Source: Trichoplax sp. H2 (lineage: Eukaryota). From it: a DNA stretch of 64,000 nucleotides. A model generated the notes under the pieces. The model saw only the letters and a program-made list of their open reading frames with translations, was not told the DNA's origin and did no database searches. The position numbers were made by a program, and so were the translations under genes. Below, in pieces: positions 54,168-64,000 of this stretch. The stretch is taken from the NCBI GenBank assembly GCA_003344405.1, contig NOWV01000029.1, positions 310,001 through 374,000 on the forward strand, written 5' to 3'. Numbering within the stretch: position 1 is the first letter of the stretch; every line of letters starts with the position of its first letter.

Positions 54168-57100
54168 ATGGCACCGAAAAAAAGGATAAGTGCAATCACT
54201 ATCGGTAGATATAATTTTAGTGACGGCAGTTATTATTGTGGACAATGGGATGAGCAACGCTTAGCACAAGGATTTGGATGTTGGACTGGATTGGAAATGA
54301 AAGGAAAATTTGAAGGATATTACAAAGATGGTCTCGAAATAACCGGAGCTTACACGTGGCCTAGTGGTGAAATTTATAGCGGTCAGTGGCTTTATGGTCA
54401 ACGACATGGTTCTGGCATACAAAAGTATAAAACAAGTATCTATGCTGGCTGTTGGAATCAAGGAAAACGAGATTATCTAGGAGCGATTTGGAATCGATGT
54501 GGATCCATTTACTTTGGTACATGGCAAGATGGTGAAAAAACAGGATATGGTACTGAAGCTTATTTAGATGGTAAGATGGACAGGCTAAAATAGTTGATGC
54601 ATTGAAATGGTTTGTCGTCTTATGAATAAAGATGGACAAAGTAAAAATAATTGATCCGTTGAGATATTTTCCCGTGTTCCGAGAATCTATATTAATTGAT
54701 CCATTGAGATATTTTCTCGTGTCCTAAGAATATATATTAATTGATCCATGGGATATTTTCTCGTCTTATGGGTAAGATAGACAGGCTAAAATAGTCGATC
54801 CATTGGGATATTTTTCTCGTGTTCTGAGTATCTTATATGATTGCAAACACCATTTTACTGATTATAATTATAGTAAACCAAACTCCCCCTAAAATGATTA
54901 ATAACAGCACAATACTTGAAAGACTATCGTAGCAATAGTATTATGATATTCTATCACTGATTTTTTCATTGTTAATTCAAATCTTTCAGGCTATTATCAT
55001 GGCCAATTTAGCCGCGACGAGAGACATGGTTATGGTGTCCGAGTTTCATATCAAGAACAATCAATGGATATATCAGATCGAGCTTATTCGTCTTCATCGA
55101 CATATCTAAGAAATTCCAGTCGATTTAAAAAGAAATTAAAGTTACGTAAAGGCATCGCTTTTGATGGTGGTAGCCTATTCTCTGCAACAAGATCCTGCAA
55201 GCAACGAAAGCTGGATGTTAAAACTAGACCTCATCTTTATGATGAAATCTTTGATATTAATTTAAAGGTACAAGATATTGATTTAAGTACTCTATACCAT
55301 AAAGACAAAGCGGACTGTAAATTAAATCAACGTAAAAAGACATCGACTACACCTAAGGAAACCAGTTCTAGTTCATCTTATACCAAAACGCCGAAAATAC
55401 CTCAAACAGTTGTCCTTAATAATCATCATTCAAGCATAAGACGGTCGAAAACATTGAAGGGTAAAAATTATTATTGTAGAACGACCCATTTCGAGGTAAC
55501 ACCAAGGATTCGAAGTAAAAGTGAGAAGGATGTTTGTCGTAACTATAATCAAAGCAAGGAAACTTCTCCAACTGCTCATAATAGTCATACACCACCAACA
55601 CCTTATCTGGCAACTTCAAACTTAGAACAACTATTAGTTAAAACGAGGGGAAAAAACAATCAAAATAACACTACGCTGCAATACCACCAACTTAGTACCG
55701 ATACTGAAAATCATAATCAGCAGAATAAAGTAATCGAACAATCAATAATCAAGTATAATTTTTTTAATAAAGACAGTAACTACACTAATTGCCATAGCCA
55801 TCGTGATGATAATTTAAAAGGTGTTAATCAACATGCAACTTTGAAAAATGGCATCAAAGAATTGGATTTAATGCAAAATGATAATAAACAGTTTGAAGAA
55901 ATAGAGGTATCCGGGAACTTACAGGATAACCCATCTCATCATAACCCGATACTACTACAGCAAGAAAAATGCAATCCTAAATATGTACAAGCAGTAGTTA
56001 TCCAAGAAGAAGGACAAGCAGGCTCTAATCAGAATTGCCAACTTGATGAAATAATAACCACACTATGCAATCAAAATTCTGCTAATAGTGCCGATAACAG
56101 TAGCCATCCTGAATGCCTTTTAGGCAAAATTAACTCTGATGTGAATGGAAGGAATAGGAAGAATAGGATCAAAAATCATTTGAAGTTAGATTTGATTGAT
56201 CATAAGTTGTTTCATAATGGTGAAAAAGATCATTACGACGATCCTAATAACCGAAATTTAGCTTCACACATAAATAATGTTAATAGTAATACAGCTGTAG
56301 CAAATAGCAATGGTGACAGTAGTAAGCCAAGAAAATTAAGCTTGTATAATTCTGATGGTAGTACGGATGATGTTGACATGGACGATAATGATGATATTGG
56401 TGATATCGATGATGACGATGATGATTACGATGATATTGATGGTGGTGATTATGGTCATGATATTAGTGTTATTGATGATAGTGACGAAGAGGATGACGAA
56501 GAGGATGACGAAGAGGATGACGAAGAAGATGATGAAGAAGATGGTGAAAAGGATAGTCAAGAGGATAGTGAAGAGAATGGCGAAGGCGATAGCGAATTTG
56601 GCATTGAAGACGACATTGAAGACAATAACGAAGACGATAGAAGACGATAATCCTGAAATTTATTCAGATGAGGACGAGGCTCATGACGATTATAATACCT
56701 TTAAATATGATCGAAGCCAATGTATAAGCAAAATCAATATAAGAAATGGTCTATATAGCTTTCAAAATTCCGTAAAAACTGATAATCACTCTGCTAGGGA
56801 AAGGAACAGGAATTCGACATTCCATAACAGCCATCACTGCTATCAGAATCATCGCTTCCTAAAAGGCAATGCTACCAAGATGCAACTATCTGAAAATAGT
56901 CCTAGTAGTAATCAATGCAGAAAGAGAAGCAATAATAAAGAGGACAACGATAGGAAATGCAATGGAGACGATAAGAGCGATTGGGACTTTAATCAATATG
57001 ATATCGTCGAGGGTATAAAAGACTTACAAATTTATATTAATAAAAATTATCAGGAAGGCGTTAATCAGTATAGAAAGAAGAAGGAAAACAGTTTTCCATC

Positions 57101-57935
57101 TAGTGCAATCAAGTCATGCAAAGTATCTTATGTAACTGAAAATGATTATGAAGCTAATTCGATGGTCCATAACCGAAATGGCAGCAATAACAGTATTCAA
57201 TCCTATAAAATTCGACCAAAAGATGATCGCAATAAAAGTTCGGCTAAACAAGATCGGCCTTCACATAGATCAGTTAGGGTTAGGCATTCTTCAGATGGGG
57301 ATAGAAGTCGCTCAAGAACTAGCAGTAAATGTAGTAAGGTCAAAAATATGATTAAATCCGAAGTGGCTATCGATAAAAAACAGTTAGTTAAAAATTTATC
57401 CTTACAAAGTGATATCTTACGAAATTCTGAATTAATGAGTGATAGGATTGCTAATGCCTATCATGATGACGACAGTGTTATCGAAGTTTATAAAGGCCAG
57501 TGGTTTGGTGATAAAAGAAATGGCTATGGGATATGTCAAAGATCAGATGGCCCTACTTATATGGGGAGTTGGTACAATAATCAACTCTCCGGTTATGGTG
57601 AATTAATACTAAAAGATGGGACTAAACAACGAGGACTTTGGAAAGAAAATCGCTTAATTTTCTCCATTAATGATGCTACAGTATCGCATTTTCGACCTTT
57701 TCGAAATGCTAATAATAAATTAACTACAGCTCGGTTAAAAGCTAAATCTGCTGCTCGTGCCGCTGATAAGAGAGCAATTATAGCTAAAATTCGGGCCGCA
57801 TTAGCTCGAGATCAAGGTGTTATTGCTAATAATGAATCGAAACGAGCTCATTTAGTAGCTGCTAGAGCTAAACAGATTGTTCAAGAACTGTATTCTCGCA
57901 AATGTAGAGGATCTGCAGTTGAAACAACCGTTTAG
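54168..57935 (+). CDS. JPH: Junctophilin-like MORN-repeat protein, 2 coding exons, with a +1 frameshift at 56639; ~1115 aa if corrected
   Basis: Exon 1 (54168-54570) begins GRYNFSDGSYYCGQW, like the JPH N-terminus GGRFDFDDGGxYCGGW, and holds MORN1-5. Exon 2 starts at 54990 with GYYHGQFSRDERHGYGVRVS (MORN6). After a long linker come EVYKGQWFGDKRNGYGICQRSDGPTYMGSWYNNQLSGYG...DGTKQRGLWKEN (MORN7-8) and an Ala/Arg-rich helix AARAADKRAIIAKIRAALAR. This is the junctophilin 6+2 MORN plus helix layout. Confidence 0.88.
54571..54830 (+). repeat. Short tandem repeats in junctophilin intron 1 derived from the donor region
   Basis: GTAAGAT.GACAGGCTAAAATAGT.GAT.CATTG at 54571 and 54772, plus ~40-44 bp units TTGATCC.TTGAGATATTTTC.CGTG at ~54651, 54696, 54741 and 54795. 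Confidence 0.85.
56480..56651 (+). repeat. Coding 12-bp repeat (GATGACGAAGAG-like) encoding a poly-acidic DDEE tract
   Basis: GACGAAGAGGAT repeated three times exactly, then decaying; a second 12-bp series GAAGAC(G/A)A(C/T)ANN at 56606-56651. Confidence 0.9.
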
Positions 57936-59341
57936 GGAATTCATCCAATTTCTTACTCGATAGTCATATACATCTCATTTCTATTTTATTTTGCACTATA
58001 CTATAGTATATTGCAAATCTAATTTTATTCACTTTCACTTTTATTATATCTCATTGCTAAACAACTATTTAATTCCAATGAACAAGATGAAACTATGTTG
58101 AAGAAGGCGAAATTTCCTATTAGCACTGTTTTCGTGATATTTATTTTGCACACTATTTTACCTCTATCTACGATAAGTAATCTATTTTACTATCCATTGC
58201 TTACGTATACAGTACAGTATAGAAATTCTAATTGCTAAATGTGGTAAGACAAAATAAATTCCTATATATATATATATATACATATTTGCTATTTTAGGAT
58301 CGGATTGCAATGATCAGTTGTATTCTATGCTATCTAAAGTATTGTTTTCATCCGCTTTGAGCTTCGGTCAAAAAATTAAATCACTAATTATTATATTGGA
58401 TAGATGAAGTTTCAAATCTACCTTATATTGCATTAAAACGAAAGGTTAAATCGATGTATACTCGTATATCGAATAGTTACTTTCGTTCTGGATATGAAAG
58501 AAATACACAATTTCTATACTATTCTATGGTACTTTGGGTGCCTCGTAATTTTCATGTGATGAGAATGCTATTGCGATATAAAGCCACAAAAATGCTGCTT
58601 AAAGCATTACTGAAGAACATTTAATAAATGCATATATTACCATGATTCTGCTAGAATTATCAAACTGAACCGCATTCAAATCCTTTACTTTTGTATACAG
58701 TATAGCGTAAAAGTGGATCGTCAATTTTAAATCAAAAAAATTTTTCTCTAAATGATTAAGATGATGGATAGGAATATCTACAGTATATTGTAAGAATGCA
58801 TATTTGGAGTTGACGAAACTAGCTTCCATTTTTATGCATTTATAGCATTTTATCGCTAGCTATTGAACATGATCGTAACTTACAACTACCAGGGAAGATT
58901 TAAAGAAACAATTTTGACAAATTTCAGTTTTGACTCCAGCAAGATTAAAATGACAGGATCGTTAACGATTTATTATACTTAACTGAAGAACCTACTTCAA
59001 GATAATTTGTTGATAGCAAATAAATTTGCACAAGCGTTTTGATATTAGAATTACTTCGGCTAGCCCTACCATTATACAATATTAAATTCTAGCCATCTAG
59101 TAAGATATTTTCTTAAAACTGTAATCAATCCTTTATGATGACAAAATGTTAATGGCAAAACTTTATTCGGTAACATTATCATGTCTACGAATATTCAATG
59201 GTGACGATATGCTACATAAGATGTAAGTATGTTGATGAAACCGTTTAACTTTTTTGCTTTCTGTAGTTAACATTACGATTTGACATGTTAAGAATTAACT
59301 TAGGATGGATCTGTACACTCCATTGCACAAAAGGATTAACT

Positions 59342-62300
59342 CTACTGCTGTTTTTGTCTGAGAGCAGCTCTTTTGCCTGTTACAGCTTGGAAACCAGAAT
59401 TAATACTTGCTACAGAACGACCGGAATTACACCTTTCACATTTTAAAAAGTATAGTCTGGCTTCTTTTTGTATTATAGTATCGGGAGAGCGACAAGTATG
59501 ACAAGTAACATATTCCTCTGTTAAAAAACAATATAGAATTTCATAATCAATGAACTTGGTAATAAGATTGACAATATAGCTAAATTAGGCAGTCAATAAT
59601 ATCCAACTTACTTATATATCTTCTTAATACATTTTCTATCTGTTTTTGTTGAAATCTCCCTTTAATAATAAGCTGGTTATTGCCATCGACTGACCCACTA
59701 GTTTTAACACAAGCAAGATTAGTTGTAGGCATCAGAAATTGTTAAAGACAATTTGGTGTAGTGCACTTACCTAGTACCTAACTCGGCTAAAAGAAATGCT
59801 AGCAAGTGCTTGGGTTGTCGATGTAAACTACGTGTAAAGTAGACAGTTGGCATTTCATCAATTTTTCCAATACTAGCTGTGCATAGCAATTGCAACGATT
59901 CAAAACTTACAACTTGCAGATATCCATAAAGTTAACAAATGAAGTCTTTTTTGTACCAATACGAACAACCTGAGGTGGTCTCATAACGAATTTTCGCTTT
60001 TCACCAGCAACCATATCAGGATTTTTAGCTCTCATGATGTCGATAACACGAGTTAAAAGCTACATTTAAGAAAAATATCGTGTACGTACGATGAGGAAAA
60101 GTTTTACTTTGGCAAAATGTTCCAAGATGTTATTCTACTATCATTAAGTAAAAAGAATGTTGAATGGCTATTTTTCCGATCTCGATGACCTTTACCTCAT
60201 CGTACGTGTAGTCTCTGTCGAAATTGAGCCAAGGTTCTCTTTCCTTGTCATCATCAGACATATTAATATCGTCAGTATCATCAACTGCAGGAAAAAATTG
60301 TTATGATGAGACAGTTTGTCAAGATGCATTCTTTTCAATACTAATGGGTGTTTAGTAATAAAGACTTGTTATTAAATAGAGTGGTAATGCATGCTTGAAA
60401 AGACCGATTGCGATGTACAGTGCAAAGACTGTTATAATACAAAAACTTGTATCGTTTTCTCACAAAGGCTATAATTACAGGCTATAAGAGAAACAGTTGA
60501 GGTTATACATACACCTAGGGCTATCGTAATACAGTATGTTGTAATGTGTCTAGTTCATAATTGGTACAATTAATTATTGGTATCAATACCGTCAAGAGTA
60601 CTATCATCTGCGTCTTCGGTAGGCAATTCGCCATCATCAGCTTTACTATCATCAAGAACACTGTCCATTTCTGACTTCTAATAACAATAATGTCTTGCTT
60701 AGGATTGTAATTTTATTCTTTGAGCTTATATAATAATTATTAAAAAAGCTTTGTTGCTCTGATAGGAAACAACTTGATGTTACGGCATTATTTATTGCAG
60801 ATCAAATTCATACTTATCGCTAATTACAGGTTATTTATAGTACACTTCTATACCTTCTTTTTTTTCTTTTTCTTCATTGGTAATGAAAAATCAGATTCAT
60901 CAACCGTAGGCTCAGGTTCCGCTGATTCACGTTTATCTTCATTATCCTTTAAAAATTGTTATAGAAATAATGATAGAAATAGATGGGATGATTCATAATG
61001 ATAGAGTATATATCAAACATTATTTTGATGGGATCAAAAGAACCGCTTAAGATTAAGGAAATGGAGAAAAATGAATACCGCTCAAAATTACCGGTAGAGC
61101 ATCTTTGACATCGTCCATATCGAAAGTTTTTGGCTTCTTTTTCTTTTTCTTCTTTTTTAGATCTAATGAAAAGCCTATACCAAAGATCAGCAGGGAGTAT
61201 TAATCATGTTGGATGTACCGTTGTGCATGTTTTCAAGCAGTTTACTCTCTATGTCATTCTTCATGTTTATTTTACTGGACTGTGGAGGACAAGTATAGGC
61301 TATAGGTAGAGTCAGTGTTGTAGACTGTTATGTAGGTCAATTTCGTCTATTGGTGACGCAACACTCGACATTAATAAAACTTGGCATACTTTAGTCATCT
61401 TTTCATTGTATGTAATTAATTTAATACAGTAGTCCCTCTACAAGCACGAGCATCATCAATGAGCTTGATGCCATTGGCAAAACTCAACATGACGATAGCT
61501 ATATGACTATGTTGTCATTGAATAAATAGCGTCTAGAGGAAAAGAAATTCGATTCTTAGAGAAAACGTATCAAGATTTACCATCTAAGTCGTCTGCTTCA
61601 TTATTAACTGCATTGGCAGATGTGGAATCCTCTTCCGTTGTAGTTGTATTGGTTTCATTAGTAGGGGCATCATTATTACCATCGAGTGCTTCACCACCTT
61701 CAAAATCAGTTAAAGGCTTCTTCTTCTTCTTCTTCTTTTTCGTTGGTAAAGCGAAACTCTAACGATAAAAACAAACATTTTCAAGATCAGAGCCATGGTC
61801 GCATTTGCACATCATCCATCATCTACCATACTACAAGATGAATCATTGCGATACAACAAAGATTTAAAATTGTGTTTTTATTCTTGATTTATCATTGGAC
61901 ATGTCTGGCAAAAAAGGAAAGAAGGATGACTTTGATTGATGGGCCTATTGCTTATCGTAGTCTATTCATGCTTTCACCAGGATTTTTTGAAGGGAATTTA
62001 TGAGCCAAAATCATTACTATTTCGTATCTCGACTCGTCAACAGTAAGTAAATCTATCTCTGATCGAATTTTCCATCCATAACAAGGTGAAAGCATTCCCT
62101 TGATGGCCACAAATACAATCATCGATGACAAATATGTGTGTGGCAAATCAAGTCGCTGACTCATAGGGTAGAAAAATAGACATCAACACCGTCGATTGCA
62201 GTACATTCTCGATGTTGGGTACAACCCTCACTTATCCATGCATCGCTCTATCTCTACCGATAACGACTATAAACACCATGTACGAGTGAAATAGCAAGTT

Positions 62301-62518
62301 GCAATCAAGAGAAAAGTGAAATTCAACATCGATTAACCCTAACAGAATCTGCCATGATGGAGATATGTTGCCAACGGATACGTAGTCCATATCGCCCATG
62401 TGTACAAGAGATGGATGCAGTAGCAGTAAAAAAAAATGCATCGATCGAGAAGAAATGGCCATTCTATGGCCATCAATTCCACTATACCAATGTTACTTAC
62501 TGATTCTTCTTCTGTCAT
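59342..62518 (-). CDS. EIF2S2: Eukaryotic translation initiation factor 2 subunit beta, 10 coding exons
   Basis: Micro-exon 62518-62501 (MTEEES), exon 61758-61581, three poly-lysine boxes, [82 protein letters not shown], and the C2C2 zinc ribbon [13 protein letters not shown]...CERC. Stop TAG at 59344-59342. Confidence 0.97.
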
Positions 62519-63469
62519 GGTGAGGCTAAAGTGTTGAAAGCAATGGATAAAGTCTTCTAAAGAGTGTAGAAACGATTTTTAGCCTTTTGAGCAAGGAGTT
62601 GATGGCCGAAATAGAAGCAGAGTGCTAGACGATGCGATGACAAAATGCTTTCACAGTCAACTGAGCCAGTAGCTGCCGATAGCAGGCTAGAGTAGAGTTT
62701 TCGCTGTCACGTTAGCGTATGCAATCTCCTTACAGTATAGGAAAAGCTCTTTCCAGCATGGGGCTTCTGACGTACAGAAACTGGACTGCTGAGCGCAGTC
62801 TCACTGGTCGCTACTGTACTACAGTATTATCCTACAGTACTGGACGTAACTTGGTACTGTAAGGTACAGTACCAAGTCTAGGACAAGCTTGCAGGAGGAT
62901 ACTCAAGAAAGAGGGGGTGGACGGATAGACAGAAATCCCTTGAACGGTCACAAAATCAGGCTGACTATTTTACTGGTCATTTCAAGTGTATCGCATGTCT
63001 GCCATTGTACACTATACTGTCGAAGAGCATCCTCGAGATTGATTTCATCATGGACCACAGTGGTGTAAATGTCGGAAGTCATTGGTTTCGTTCGGTTTGG
63101 CTTGCACTTTCTATCATAGAAAGAAAGTTCATCTCTTCAATTTTTGCCTTGAACGGCCATTTCTCGTCTCTTTTTACTTTCTAGTAGATCCTGATGACAT
63201 GATCAGGGACTAATAGAGAGCGGGACGGTAAATAATCGTTGAGTAGAGTAGGAAAAAGGACGATTATTACCTTATAGAACACTATACTGTACGTCTAACA
63301 TCATACAGTATACTATGATTGCACCAACTGTCGCATTTAGCTGGGCTTGGTTCGATCGTGGTGCCTTTACTACAGTACTCAGTACTGTAGACTGTAGACG
63401 CTTTCCGTATACTGTACTGTACACTCTGATTAATTTCGATCTAGATCATACCTAGATAAATCGGTGCAG

Positions 63470-64000
63470 AATTTAATTTAATTTAATGCGTAATTTTGAT
63501 AACAAAATCCATACAATTTTATATGAGAGGATCTCTATCTATTGATATCAATTTTACTTAAAATTGATTCATATTTGAGCATTTTATTCCACTTTTCATA
63601 ATCGAATACAGTACAGTAAGTACAGTATTTCGCGGACTACGACAACGGCTTCTTCCATGGCTTGTTTAATTTAATTTAATGCGTAATTTTTATAACAAAA
63701 TCCATACAATTCCATATGAGTAGATCTCTATCTATTGATATCAATTTTGCTTAAAATTAATTCATATCTGAGCATTTTATTCCACTTTTCATAATCGAAT
63801 ACAGTACAGTACAGTACAGTATTTCGTGGACTACGAGAACGGCTTCTTCCATGGCTTGTTTAATTTAATTTAATTTAATGCGTAATTTTTATAACAAAAT
63901 CCATACAATTTTACATGAGCGAATATCTATCTATTGATATCAGTTTTGCTTAAAATTGATTCCTATTTAAGCATTTTATTCCATTTTTCATAATCGAATA
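63470..64000. repeat. Tandem satellite, 193-199 bp unit, at least 2.7 copies, running off the window end
   Basis: The anchor ATGCGTAATTTT.ATAACAAAATCCATACAATT occurs at 63486, 63679 and 63878. Units differ in (AATTT)n and (TACAG)n length. Confidence 0.96.

Noticed and set aside
56336..56639. Met/Ile/Val-rich hydrophobic N-terminus of ORF 56355-57935, and ORF 56336-56560 on the minus strand
   Set aside because: Alternate-frame and antisense readings of the GAT/GAC/GAA acidic repeat, not a real signal peptide or membrane protein.
7803..57935. SAC1 and junctophilin, both ER-plasma membrane contact proteins, in one window
   Set aside because: They are 40 kb apart with unrelated genes between them; no evidence of a functional cluster.
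61176..61580. Possible intronic C/D box snoRNA in eIF2-beta intron 2 (minus-strand TGATGA ~61458 and CTGA ~61314)
   Set aside because: No terminal stem or recognisable rRNA guide seen; it would need a snoscan or Infernal search.

Overview
AT-rich, intron-dense animal genomic DNA. The short GT-AG introns and compact genes suggest an early-branching animal, possibly a placozoan (inference only). I reconstructed eight spliced genes by hand: a C1orf109/AIRIM homolog (-, 1661-3347) head-to-head with ZFAND1 (+, 3726-6860); the SAC1 phosphoinositide phosphatase (-, 7803-13705), which has a clear U12 minor-spliceosome intron; MRPL52 (+, 17426-18218); two tandem SLC7A9/b0,+AT-like amino acid transporter light chains (-, 19615-27798 and 33151-38798); a junctophilin-like MORN protein (+, 54168-57935); and eIF2-beta (-, 59342-62518). 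Several tandem arrays with 100-200 bp units lie between the genes, from near-perfect to very degenerate. The junctophilin is the most unusual locus. It has an ~800 aa disordered, partly acidic insert between MORN6 and MORN7, and a +1 frameshift in a 12-bp repeat. It ends in a PDZ-ligand-like ETTV with no membrane anchor, yet directly behind its TAG lies an in-frame 28-codon hydrophobic tail resembling the missing ER anchor (candidate readthrough or splice switch). Other highlights: a 17/18-bp inverted repeat that could pair an eIF2-beta 5' splice site with its own branch region, and dense TACAGTA/TACTGTA clusters matching the Tc1/mariner excision footprint. Gene identities come from remembered homolog motifs, not from database searches.
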